From the NCBI RefSeq assembly GCF_037042905.1, contig NC_087255.1:20894001-20958000 (forward strand): DNA of 64,000 nucleotides, given 5' to 3'. The stretch comes from Lytechinus pictus (lineage: Eukaryota). The notes under the pieces were generated by a model that worked only from the letters and a program-made list of their open reading frames with translations, did not search any database and was not told the DNA's origin. Positions 12,455 to 23,944 of the stretch are shown here, piece by piece. A program made the position numbers and the translations under genes. Each line of letters begins with the position of its first letter. The stretch's first letter is position 1.

Positions 12455-15400
12455 ACAAAATTTTAGTTTAGAATAGTGAATATAATTAAGATTTTAAGAG
12501 CATAAATTTTAGTTTGTTTTTAAAGGACAGTAAAGAACGAGCATCTTTAATCTCATCGTTAAGGGAATTCCAAAAACTTGGACCTGTATATAAGTAAGTA
12601 TTTTGTGCGAGATGCGTTCTAAGGAGGGGCAAGTGAAATTCATTTGACTGCCTAGTGGGATAGTTATGGAGGGATTGGTTTTGGGGAAACATAAAATCAA
12701 ATATGCGTGGCAACAAATTATTTTTATATTTATACATGAATTGACCTAATTGAAATGAATATAATTTTTTTATTTTCATGATTTTATGTTCCAGAAACAG
12801 TTGATCTGTATGAGAACGAACTGGTGCATTACATATAATTCGGAGTGTTTTCTTTTGTAAAATTAATATTTTCTCTAATAAAGAATTATGGGTATTACCC
12901 CATGCTAATATTCCATAATTAAGGTAAGGTAAAATCAAAGAGGAGTATAACATGAGTAATGTGACGGAAGGAAAATAGTGTTTTAACTTATTAATTACAC
13001 CAATATTACGAGATAATGTTTTGCTCACATTAAGAACGTGGGGTTTCCAAGAAAGTTTATTATCAACTATAATTCCTAAAAATTTAATTTGGGAAACACA
13101 TTGTAAAGGTGTATCATCAAATATAATGTCAGAAGGTAAAGAATCAATAGAATTACTAAATAACATATATTTGGTTTTATTTAAATTGAGAGATAGTTTA
13201 TTGGCTCGTATCCATTGAGTCAAATTTAGCAATTCCAAATTCATAATCTGAACTAAGGTGTGAGGGTTCTTGTGAGCAAAAAATACATTGGAATCATCTG
13301 CAAAAAGAATAAACGAAAGAATGTCAGATGATCTGTGAAAATCGTTAATGTAAATAATGAATAAAAGAGGCCCTAATATACTACCTTGTGGGACACCACA
13401 ATTAATTTCATGTTGATCAGAGATGTGATTATTTAAATAAACATATTGTTTTCTTTTTTTAAGGTAATTCCTGAACCACTCCAAGGCAATTCCACGTATT
13501 CCATAATGAGAAAGCTTGTAAAGTAAAATGTCGTGGTTAATAGTGTCAAATGCCTTGGAGAAGTCCAGGAATATACCAATTAGATGCGAATGATCATCCA
13601 AAGAATGGGCTACTTTATGCACAAAATTTAAAAGAGCGTGGATAGTGCTATGTTTTTGTCTAAAACCAAATTGAAAGTTAGTAAATATATCATTGACTTT
13701 AAGAAATTTAGTTGTTCTAACAAAAATTAATCTCTCTAAAACCTTAGAAAGAGAAGAGAGTAAAGATATGGGACGGTAATTACCAGCATCAAGCTCGTCT
13801 CCCTTTTTAAATAAGGGAATAACTTTCGCAATTTTCATTTGTTTAGGAAAAATACCACTCAAAATAGATTTATTTAATATATGTGTCAAGGGCTCAACAA
13901 TAGACGATATGGTACCTTTTAATATAAAATTACTTATGTCATCATGACCAGCACTGTGTTTATTATTCAAGGAGGAAACAATATCGGTCACTTCATAAAT
14001 AGTAGTCGGATAGAAGAAAATGGAATTGGCATTAGGTTGTCCCAAGAATTTAGAAAAATGCTTATTAGATTGTGGAATTTTTTGTGCCAAATTTTCCCCT
14101 ATGGTAGAAAAGTATGAATTTAAAACATTGGCGATTTCTATGGGATCTTCAATATTCCGATTATTAAATCTTATTTTAGTAATATTTGATTTCTTTTTTG
14201 AAATATTCAAGGCTTGCTTAATAACTTAATAAGGAGTTATGCCCTATTCTGATTCTAGTATATGGAAAAAAATTTAACAATTATTTTTTTTAAATGAAGA
14301 AATAAGTTATCAGCATCATGGTTATGCCTGGGCCTACATGTTATTTTTGTCTCACCTGCATAGCAGAGTGAGACTATAGGCGCCGCTTTTCCGACGGCGA
14401 CGGCGGCGGCGTCAACACCAAATCTTAACCTGAGGTTAAGTTTTTGAAATGACAGCATAACTTAGAAAGTATATGGACCTAGTTCATGAAACTTGGCCAT
14501 AAGGTTAATCAAGTATTACTGAACATCCTGCCTGAGTTTCATGTCACATGACCAAGGTCAAAGGTCATTTAGGGTCAATGAACTTAGACCATGTTGGGGG
14601 AATCAACATCAAAATCTTAACCGAAGGTTAAGTTTTTGAAATGTCATCATAACTTAGAAAATATATGGACCTAGTTCATGAAACTTATACATAAGGTTAA
14701 TCAAGTATCACTGAACATCCTGCATGAGTTTCACATCACATGACCAAGGTCAAAGGTCATTTAGGGTCAATGAACTTTGGCCGAATTGGGGGTATCTGTT
14801 GAATTACCATCATAACTTTGAAAGTTTATGGATCTGATTCATGAAACTTGGACATAATAGTAATCAAGTATTACTGAACATCCTGTGCAAGTTTCAGGTC
14901 ACATGATCAAGGTCAAAGGTCATTTAGGGTCAATGAACTTTGGCCAAATTGGGGTATTTGTTGAATTACAGCCATAAATTTGAAAGTGTGTTGGTCTAGT
15001 TCATAAAACTTGGACATAATAGTAATCAAGTATCACTGAACATCCTGTGCGAGTTTCAGGTCACATGATCAAGGTCAAAGGTCATGTAAGGTCAAAGAAC
15101 TTTGGCCACGTTGGGGGTATTTGTTGAATTGCCATCATATCTCTATAAGTGTATTGGTCTAGTTCATAAAACGTGGAAATAAGAGTAACCAAGTATCACT
15201 GAACATCTTGTGCGAGTTATAGTAGTTTTCAAAATCAGCACTGCTGCTATATTGAATCGCGTGATGCAGGTGAGATGGCCAGAGGCATTCCACTTGTTAA
15301 TATTAATCCCTTCCAAATTATTAGAAAATAAAAGTCATAAAAATTAATGTAGCGGCCTATCAAATTGTTTAATATGACCAAAGCAAGATTAATTGGCCTG

Positions 15401-17362
15401 TATATGCGCTGCCTATTGATATTCCTATATAGGCATTTTTGTTCTCGTTTTGTTAGATTTTTTGTTAATTTAAACTTTAATTCAGTATATTCAAAATATT
15501 TAACTTTTCCATTTGCTTTCGCGCTCATATGCCATCATTTAATTTGTTCCGTTTCTGTGCTGTCACTGTACATGCCCCATAGGTACTTTACGCGCATAGC
15601 AGGCTTCGAAGACCTATCGAGTAATGGCGGCCGGTCTCCGCGTAATCACAGCGATTTGACGAAGTACGCCCTCTAGCGTTATTAGTATATATCTCTATGG
15701 GTTTAACTTAGACCATGGTCTAACTCTGTACCAAAATTATGGGGAGCCAAAAGTGTAAAAAATTTTATTAAGTTGTATGTTTCTTATGTTTACTGTGCTC
15801 TTTCCCGAGACATCCATGGTGAAGACAATCATCTTTTTTATACTTCCTAGACAATTATGAATGATTTGAGAGCCAAATGAGCTGAAATATGATATCTCTA
15901 CTGTTAGTGATTTATGTAACAATTAGCTATCCATACTTACACCACAATTTTAAACCCTAGTTTAAGTTAAACCTGACTTTAGAATACGGGCCTTTGTTTT
16001 AGGGTACGATTAAAGGACAAGTCTACCCAGGAAAATGTTGATTGGAATAAAAAATTTAAAAAATCAACACGTATAACACTGAAATTTTCATCAAAATCAA
16101 ATATAAAAAATAAGAAGTTATGACATTTTGAATTTTTGCTTAATCTTACAGAATCCTGGTCAGTATGCAAATGATTGGACTGATGACATCATCTACTATT
16201 TCTTGTTATGAAATACAAAAGCAAAATTACAGAAATATATTAAAACATCTTTTGTCCAAAATCTATTATTGATACAATGATCACTTAAGTTTCGAACCAG
16301 AAAAAAATTTAAACCCGTTTTGAAGTAGAAGCAGAATAAAAAATGATATATAACCATATATGAATCATTTTTATTTCATTATATAGATGGAGAATATTGG
16401 TAACTTTGTGAAATTTGCAGAGCAATTTGGCGTTCCCAAAGAATCCCTCTTCCAGACAGTGGATCTCTATGAAGAACGAGATGTTGGCATGGTATGTAAA
16501 CAAAGACTCTCATCTTTCTTTACTAAATTAGCAGAAACCAGTTTAATGTGTAATGGGAACGGTCGAAGCGGTTTGGAAGCGATATAAGTGATCTTCCAAA
16601 CCAGTTTGGAGAACCACCTTGCGACGTTGTTTTCAAGACCGCTTTGCCTTGTTAAACTGGTTCTAATTAGCAGTGTAATAAAACAGAATAATCCATTGAT
16701 AGAAATATTAATGCATTTTTGTAGTATAATGTTTTATTAGATGGTTGTTTTAAAGATAATGCCAGTTCAGTTTTAGAAAAAAAATTTGAAATGATTTTTT
16801 ACAGAACCAGACCACGCATGTGTCTGTATGTATGAATCAAATATATGGCAAAGAATTGCCAGAAATTGTGTAATTGCTGAGAAATTTCGCAAAATAGCAT
16901 TAATTTCAAACCATTTAGTGTTGAGTCTTTTTTCCAAGCAATAATAATACACTGTCCCACATGTGCTTGTCTGTGTTGGCGATCTTAAGTGTGATCGTTT
17001 TTCAGCTTAGATTTCATGATTTCACAAAGTTCCGTTTGTGTAAGATCAATGATGATATAGTGACAATAAACCTTGCTTTTACAGAATTTCTGATGAAATC
17101 ATGTGTTTACTGCGACTACTTTCATTCATCTTAAATATTTTGTTTTGATGATCAGGTGGTGATGTGTCTGGATCGACTGGGCGGAGTCGCTAGAAAGAAA
17201 GGGTACCCCATCCAGTGGGGAATCGCTGTCGCCGATCCCAACAAGAGAGAATTCACCAAGGAACAGTTGGAGGCAGGCAAGAATATCATTGGTCTCCAGG
17301 CCGGCACCAACAAGGGAGCCAACCAATCAGGAATCAGCTTCGGCAGCCAAAGAAAAATGTGA
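7713..17362 (+). CDS. Calponin/transgelin/myophilin-family actin-binding protein (CH domain plus one C-terminal calponin repeat); 5'-partial
   Basis: Exons 7713-7852, 8355-8433, 16387-16491 and 17156-17362 have AG/GT ends and matching phases (2,0,0). They splice to KAAKYPTDIEIGARKWVEQVVGE...ESLKSGVVLCKLINKL...KKINTSAMAFMQMENIGNFVKFAEQFGVPKESLFQTVDLYEERDVGMVVMCLDRLG...REFTKEQLEAGKNIIGLQAGTNKGANQSGISFGSQRKM*. LKSGVVLCKLIN, MENIGNF, LFQTVDLYE and IGLQAGTNKGANQSG are hallmark family motifs. The start-codon exon was not found in the window. Confidence 0.92.
7860..8290. repeat. (GGT/GAT)n trinucleotide repeat spanning an assembly gap (N run 7946-8277)
   Basis: GGTGAT repeats run into the N block from the left, and ATGATAATG follows it. 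Confidence 0.85.
8626..8730 (-). mobile_element. 3' fragment of a SINE/LINE
   Basis: The minus strand reads AAGCCGGGGTAATAATAATAGCAGGGCCCGCTGGGAGAACAGTTTTCGGAACTGAAGTGGCTAC followed by (TTA)n; homologous to 29613-29720 and 1797-1865. Confidence 0.7.
9398..9965. mobile_element. MITE with CCCGGG termini (CACTA/EnSpm-like), nested in the P-like element
   Basis: TIR of about 45 bp, CCCGGGGGGCCACTTCCATTGACGAGTGGATACCATGCGCGACCA, and its inverse ending at 9965. 2-bp TSD AT. Internal ACCCTAAACACGTA and ACCCTTAACAAGTATT repeats. Confidence 0.8.
11628..14230 (-). mobile_element. 5'-truncated non-LTR retrotransposon (CR1/L2/Jockey-group-like LINE)
   Basis: Uninterrupted RT ORF followed by an 850-bp 3' UTR. 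The UTR holds a (CA/TA) microsatellite, a stem-loop (GAGGGGTCCAC...GTGGATCCCTC, 11850-11893), and ends on the minus strand in AATAAA plus a (TTGAA)n tail (11628-11660). No endonuclease domain or ORF1. Confidence 0.9.
12486..14210 (-). CDS. Reverse transcriptase domain of LINE ORF2 (574 aa, N-terminally truncated)
   Basis: Non-LTR RT motifs: KVIPLFKKG, NYRPISLLS, QFGFR, FLDFSKAFDTINH, GVPQGSILGPLLF, FADD, KFLGIIVD. No stops in frame. Confidence 0.92.
   Translation of the reverse strand: MNISKKKSNITKIRFNNRNIEDPIEIANVLNSYFSTIGENLAQKIPQSNKHFSKFLGQPNANSIFFYPTTIYEVTDIVSSLNNKHSAGHDDISNFILKGTISSIVEPLTHILNKSILSGIFPKQMKIAKVIPLFKKGDELDAGNYRPISLLSSLSKVLERLIFVRTTKFLKVNDIFTNFQFGFRQKHSTIHALLNFVHKVAHSLDDHSHLIGIFLDFSKAFDTINHDILLYKLSHYGIRGIALEWFRNYLKKRKQYVYLNNHISDQHEINCGVPQGSILGPLLFIIYINDFHRSSDILSFILFADDSNVFFAHKNPHTLVQIMNLELLNLTQWIRANKLSLNLNKTKYMLFSNSIDSLPSDIIFDDTPLQCVSQIKFLGIIVDNKLSWKPHVLNVSKTLSRNIGVINKLKHYFPSVTLLMLYSSLILPYLNYGILAWGNTHNSLLEKILILQKKTLRIICNAPVRSHTDQLFLEHKIMKIKKLYSFQLGQFMYKYKNNLLPRIFDFMFPQNQSLHNYPTRQSNEFHLPLLRTHLAQNTYLYTGPSFWNSLNDEIKDARSLLSFKNKLKFMLLKS
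14345..15298 (+). mobile_element. Helentron-associated non-autonomous element (HINE/DINE-like) with an internal tandem array of about 163-bp units
   Basis: T-rich insertion site; 5' subTIR TCTCACCTGCA with an adjacent inverted partner GCAGAGTGAGAC; (GACGGC/GGC)n microsatellite. About 4.7 tandem units start at 14457, 14648, 14811, 14973 and 15136, the four complete ones containing AAGGTCAAAGGTCA. 3' subTIR TGCAGGTGAGA and terminal CTTGTT. Confidence 0.75.
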
Positions 17363-20300
17363 ACCAATCAGGAATCGGCTTCGGCAGCCAAAGGAGATTG
17401 TGACCGATTCCGAGACGTACGCACTTGTTAAAGACATTGCTAGTGTCGATTAGGCATTTCCTGTATTAAAGGAGACGGTCGTCTGCATAGAGCTGGAAAG
17501 ACGTTGATATTTGGGCAAAGATATGTGGTCTGAACTCGTGGAAGTTGTCAATCATGACCCTTGCTGTAAGACTAATAGATGGACTGTCTTGTATATGTAT
17601 TATATCCCACCTGGATGTCCTCACAAAACAACAATTTTGATTTACTTATTTTCTCACACTCCACAAAAGCATACCTCTTGAGCAAATGAAAACATAATGA
17701 CAAAATTTACTTTTATGTATTACGAAGAAATAAAGCAATGTGAAATATTAGGAATCTATTCTAAAGCATAGTTTGTAAACATAGGTTCCCAGAGTATCCA
17801 ACACAATGTCCGACTCTACAAAATTACATTCATTCCAAAAGTCACCTCTTCAGTTGATAATATTTCAAACTGCTTTTGATATTTATTTCAAAAAATGTTT
17901 TGGATACCTCTAGTATTTTGGCCTGTTTGATTTTTTGTATTAAAATATGATGCATATATTGTAAGAGTCTTATGGACTTCATCTTCAAAGAGACTTCCAC
18001 TTGTAAAGTAAGAGGCTATATGCAAACACAAACATCATTACTCTTATTGATGCTACTTTCTTGTTCTATCATTATGGAGGGGGGTGGGACTTGTCCAGCT
18101 CTGATTCTGGGATCATTATTGTAAATATATTATTATCATGATTGTAATATTGTGGCCTGATTGAACTTTGAATAATGAGATGACTTGATGATATTTTATT
18201 GGAAGCTAGTAATAATTTAGTCTGAAATTAATTTATTATGAGAGAGTTACTGGCAAGGTGCCGGATATGTATCGTGAAATTTCTAACGGACTAAACTGAA
18301 TAGAAAAAAAATTGTACCATTCTTCACATACAACCAATAAACCTTTTTGATGTGCCATTACATTCAAATTTGATTTTTTTTTCCATGAAATCTCGTTCTG
18401 ACATTTCCATGCCGACACATTCCCATAATCCTCTATTCCAAATGTGATAAAAGTGAGATTTGAATTGTACAGCTGTAAATAAATGTGATGAATTCCGTGG
18501 TACATATAAAATTCCTTTACACTTTGCTTTTAACCTTCACCATATAGCGCACATTGAAAACGCATGCTGACTTGTTCAATGAAACATTATATATGTAGTG
18601 TAGATTGTATAGGATAGTATGAACTATATTTATGTTTGTCATTCCAGATATTCCATCTCCAACTCAGTTTTTATACATGTGTGTAGCTTTATACAACATA
18701 TTTGTGTGGTTTGCCCAACACTATAGTTCATAATAATAGCAACAATTCTATGTTTACTTTGGCATTATTACTATCTACGCATTAATATTTTCAACAGAAA
18801 GATTTATATTTCATTTCAAAGTGATGTGCACATCACAAAACAAATCTTAACATTATTGTTTTTTAATATTTATTGCACATTAGTTTTAGAGGCTGATGGC
18901 AAAACAAGGTAACATACAGAGATAATAACAGTATTATGCATAAATCAAAATTTTACATTCTGTGTGATTGCATCTCAACTAAGGCTTCAAAAGTCTACCA
19001 ATTTTAAAAGAGTACCAAAATGTCTGTAATTAATTTGGCATGTGAATTACGCAGTAATAATAGAATGTTTTGTCTTCCGTTCAATTATTTGTGATAGATA
19101 TATATTTATGCTAATTTTATTTCCATGTAGGTGCTATTTAGTAAACTTGCTGAATTAAATGATTTGTCAAAAGCACAGAAATCAGTCTCTGTTGGTGTGA
19201 TATTATATAGCTCTGTCTTTTTCTTTCTCCCCCCCTCTCTCTCTCTCTCTCTCTCTCCCTCTCTGATTCTCTTCCTCTCTTTCTGTAGCTTTCACACTCT
19301 ATCTTATCCCCTCTTTTTTTTTGTCTCTCTCCCTTTCCCTCTCTATCTCTCTCAACAAATTCTATCTCTTCTTTTATCACTTGCGTTCATTTTCGCACTT
19401 ATATTGATTCCAATTTTCACATTATGTATGTTAAAATGAAAATATACAGTGATGCCATCTAAAAATAGTGTCTATATGTAAACTTACCTCAAACACAGCA
19501 GATTTCCTGACTAGCTCAAATTAACATTGTTTTACTAAAATATCCACTTACTGAATTTCCTGAAGTAGGAATCATGTACTTCCAATTCTGTCCAAATATC
19601 ACATCTAAAATGTAATGGATACTTTTTCAATTGGATAATGTAAAAAGGTAAAAAAATATATATATGAATATCAATTTACATATATTGCATTTTGTACTGG
19701 TATTCACAAATGGTATCTTGCATAATATAAAAATATGATGCAGGGCATTTCTGGTACTAGCAAAACTCTGAAACACTCAATAAAACTGGATATCATTCAC
19801 ATACAAGGAAAGTAAGAATAGTATACACAAAAATGGATAGAAAATATTTGAAAAATAAGATGATGGAAGGAAAATCCATCGTTTTTTTTTTTTTTGGGGG
19901 GGGGGCATTTCAGGCAAATTTTATGGATAAAGGAAAAGATGTATTTAAAGAAGTGAACGGAATTTGAAAAAGTTAACATAATGTGAGTGAAATGGTGGAT
20001 AAGTCTACAAACCGAGGAGTATAATAGAGAGTAGAATGATACAAGGGAGGGGGAGGGGGGCATCAAATGTGTTTTTTTTTAGAATGGAAGAGAAAAATTG
20101 CCAGGGGTGTAAGGAGGGGTACTTCTGATACCATGATGGTTATATCGTGGAAACATTGAAAAGAGGGGTGTACAATGATGGAATGTGTGATAATTTTAGA
20201 AGAAAAGGGGTTCTTTGGAGATGAAAGGGGAAATGGGTTTTAATAGAGGGAATCTTTCGAAAAACATGTCTGCATGTCCATAAGCAGGAATTCATAAAAG

Positions 20301-20918
20301 GGGTTTAATAAAATTTTGTAGAATATTTGTAGCCTGTAGGTGAGGGAGTGAAGTGACCGAACTGATGACAAAGATGTTTTTCATATTTGTTTTTAAATCA
20401 AAACTGGGGGATTTAGTGAGTATCCGATACTATGTGAAAATTTTAAAAATAATAGGTCTCAAATTTTGTGGACAAGCCTCCCCCCCCCCCCCTCCCTTGC
20501 GTACGACCTGTCTTTTGTTTCGTGTGTCCCTGTATTCTGCTCTGTACCATCGTCTACTTGCTTGTCAATCCATCATGAACCATGGCATAAAGTGCTTTGG
20601 CGCCGTCTGTGACAATAAACCATACAGTATTGAGAAACTGGGCGTTGCGCACTGAACTAGAAATATGTATTTCTAGTTCAGTGGCGTTGCGGCGTGCGGC
20701 TGTAATTAATTCTTTACAATGCAATCTTGCAATGATCTTCCATAGATGAAATTTCTGACTCTGCATGGTTTTGATAAGAAAAAACAATGAATATTTCGAA
20801 GGGGGGATCTTATGATCACATAGCTCTCTATTTTAAACTTCAGTATTTTTTTTGTAAATTTTTACTTCTTCGTCATGTTCATAAACATCTGCTGTTGGAG
20901 TTTTATTTTAAAGTTTAT

Positions 20919-21140
20919 GGCCCGTATTCTGAAGTCGGGTTTAACTTAAACTCAGATTTAAAGTTGTGGTTTAATTATGGCCAGCCAAATGTTACATCAT
21001 TAATAACGGTATAGAGATATCATATTTCAGCTCATTTGGCCCCCAATTGGCTCTGAAATCATTCATAATTGTCCATGAAGTATAAATAGATGATTGTCTT
21101 CACCATCGATGAATCGGGAAAAAGCACAGTAAACATATAA
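20919..21140. mobile_element. Harbinger-like MITE family, right-truncated copy
   Basis: Starts GGCCCGTATTCTGAAGTCGGGTTTAACTTAAACTC; body homologous to 3539-3740 and shows the uninterrupted GCACAGTAAACAT site. Confidence 0.75.
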
Positions 21141-22436
21141 CATGGTCAACCCCCCCCCCCCCCTCGATCCCCTTTCAAAACAGTTTCGCGGCTCTGCAGT
21201 AGCTTGCCAATAGTTTATACCTAAAAACACTTATCGGGGACGAACATTTTTTGTCACGCAAAAACGGGGGGGGGGGGGTATCATCATCATTTCGGAAGTA
21301 CTTTCCCCTCACAAATTTTCCGACACAAAAGATATATTGGTCATTCATATTCCGAGCACTCTTCACTCTTTTTTTTTTCCTGACCATGCTGACAGGCCAA
21401 ACAGGAAAAGTTACCAAAATTGCTTGCCCCTTATCTATCCCCATCAATTGCCCCAAAGGTAATTATTGCCATGGTTTTGATTGACATTTTGATTGACATA
21501 TTAACTTTTTTCCCCGTAATTCAACATCCTCAAAATAACGGCATGGTGAAAATGGCATCGAACAATTATAACATTCACAAATTTTACTCAGAAAAGGGAA
21601 AAGTCGTGCAACCTAAATAGCTTCTACCATTCTAAGCAAATAAATATAAATGTAAAAGTGATAAAAGAGCGGAACAATAAAACCATATTAAGGTAGGATA
21701 ATAGAGGAATGACGGGGAGAACAAATACATTGGGAAGAAAATTGTTATTGCTATCGAGTTTTGTCATTAAATAAATAATGATAATAATAATAGTGACTAT
21801 AATACAGTTCCACCTTTCATCGCTCATATGGCGCTTCAAGAAAGCAAATGCATATTTAAAAAAAAATAATCACGATAATTGAAATAGAATCATTGATATT
21901 GAAATTCTCTTAAGCACAATGCACTATTAAATTTCTTATGAGACAGGAACAAAACAAAACAGTTTTAAAAATATTTGAAAGTTAATATTGGATAGGTAGG
22001 CCTATTAATTTCAGAATTGGGCCTATATCACTGAACTTTGTCATTTTGTCCTCGAGGTGGTTAAATATTATTCTCACTCTTTACAGGGTATGGACTAGAT
22101 TTGGATTGGGGAAAAGAGGCAGTATGAAAAGATAGTTTTAAAATTAATACAAAACTATAGGGGCGGGTTGTCAAGTGTAGATGTTATACAGGCCTAACTC
22201 TGTTACCAGTATTCTCAAATCTCATGTTGTCTCCATAACAAAACAAAAAAAAACTTCCCTATTCCAACCAGTGTGATATTTGCAAGCTACATATTCATTT
22301 AAGCTGGTCCAAACCCGGAATCTCAGAAAGTCCATCATATTGTCTGATTTGATTAAATTGCAGAATACAATTTTTCTTTACTTCGGAAAGTTTGACATTA
22401 GGCCTATTTCTTGTTTCTTTCCAGTTCACATGACGG

Positions 22437-22602
22437 ACACTCAAAACTGTCACCGAGTAAAGTTTTTACCCAATATTGGATAGAAAGGGAACGTGCATGT
22501 TTGCTCGGTATTTTTTTAACCCCATATTGGGCTATTTCACTTTTTACCCATGCATGTTCCCATTTTACCCAATATTGGGTAAACCTTTTTTTAGTTAGAG
22601 TG
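22437..22602. mobile_element. Degenerate MITE with CACTC...GAGTG ends
   Basis: Three ACCC(A/C)ATATTGG motifs; ends CACTCAAAACT / AGTTAGAGTG. Confidence 0.5.
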
Positions 22603-22859
22603 GAATGAGAAACTATATAGGCTATCACTGGTTGGATTAGGTAGACACTATGAAAATTGAAAAAATAATCAGCCTAATTAATTTCAATGGAAGAATAGAT
22701 TAACTTTAGCTTTTAATTATAAATTATCATTTTTTAACGATATTATCAAATTTAACCCCACCCTCGAATCCATCGCTGATGATTCTGTTCCGATGAGAAT
22801 TCGCAACCGACGACGTTTCCAATTAATCCATGCCAGCGCGCGCCAGTGCAGACCGTACT

Positions 22860-22964
22860 ATACCCAGTGCAGTGCATAGCAACAGCGAGACAGGTGCATA
22901 GCAACAACGCATCAATACGCGCTTGGCTGTGGGACACCTTTGCTGCTGTAAATTTTTAACCACG
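22860..22964 (+). promoter_or_regulatory. Probable CFAP57 promoter and non-coding first exon with two RFX X-box-like half-sites
   Basis: CpG-rich patch with GTGCATAGCAAC twice (22872-22883, 22894-22905). A strong donor ACG|GTAAGT lies at 22964/22965, and a matching acceptor (polypyrimidine tract, TACAG) at 25945, 46 nt before the ATG. Confidence 0.65.
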
Positions 22965-23944
22965 GTAAGTAATAAAATTCATACCTTACTTTGGCCTAAA
23001 ATTTAGAATTTTGTGTTGAAATATAGGTGGAAAGTCATTTTTCTCACATTGAATGTGTTATTATGTCTAATATGGTGTGTTATGTGACACAGTGGCATGT
23101 GGAATATGACGTGATCTTGGTCGTTCTTTCAATGTTCAGTCCCACACGCATTCTTTCGTGTTTGTTGATTAATGCTTAAGCTGCTGCTTGCTGTTCGCAC
23201 TCATTTATCAGGTTTCTGTTTTGGGAAGCTAACTTAACTATTTTCAGATCAAATTATCATTGTGAATATTAAAAGCATTATTTTTCAGGTTTTTTTAGTA
23301 GAGTATCCCACACGTATTAATTCACCGCCGAATCCAAAATGGCGAATGCAAATGGCGCACGCCCGTGCGCAATTATTGCGTTCGCACTATTTTCATCAAG
23401 ACCTGAAAAAAATCAGACAGTTTAATGAAGTGGTTGATGAGATAGAAAAATCTTGCAGTCTCCCTATTCAAAAGAACAAAAAAGTCAAAATTAAAATAAA
23501 CGAACAAAAACTTTGACAAACTTGATGTCAAACATCCCCAGCCGAGCTCATTAGCTGCCATTAAATTTGCTAAAATGCTAGACCAAGTAATATTTTAGTA
23601 AAGTTTCTTGTGTTTATTGTTAAAATTCAACTGCAAAAAAGCTATTATTGTTGTCAATTTATAACTGAAAAAAAAACCCTAACGTTAGCCATCAGTGGAC
23701 AGGATTCGTGCCTTTATTTTTAAATTTTATTAGACAATATTGCAGTGTAGCATAATAACTGTTAGTGTTAGCTTTTACCTGATAGTATACCTTGAACAAC
23801 TCACCCATGTAACTTGTTAGAAGTTATTTACCCCTGCAGCACTCAATATTCATTTCTAGGTAGGATTTTTGCCAATTTGAGGATTGCAAAAGAATATTCG
23901 CTTATAAAATACAGCCCACTCTTCTTCTTTTTTCATGCTAATGG

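Larger units (their letters stand above)
9037..15699. mobile_element. Non-autonomous DNA transposon, P-superfamily-like, 6.66 kb including nested elements
   Basis: TIRs CATAGAGATGTATACTAATTACGCTAGAG (9037) and CTCTAGCGTTATTAGTATATATCTCTATG (ending 15699), with patchy inverted similarity continuing for about 130 bp. A perfect 8-bp TSD GGTTTAAC lies at 9029-9036 and 15700-15707. The CANRG terminus and 8-bp TSD fit the P superfamily. No transposase ORF seen. Confidence 0.8.
9010..15992. mobile_element. MITE of the GGCCCGTATTCTGAAGTC family (about 310 bp), split by the P-like element
   Basis: Left end GACCTGTATTCTGAAGTCAGGTTTAAC at 9010-9036. The body resumes at 15708 and ends GTTAAACCTGACTTTAGAATACGGGCC at 15992. 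Homologous to copies at 3539 and 20919. Confidence 0.8.
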
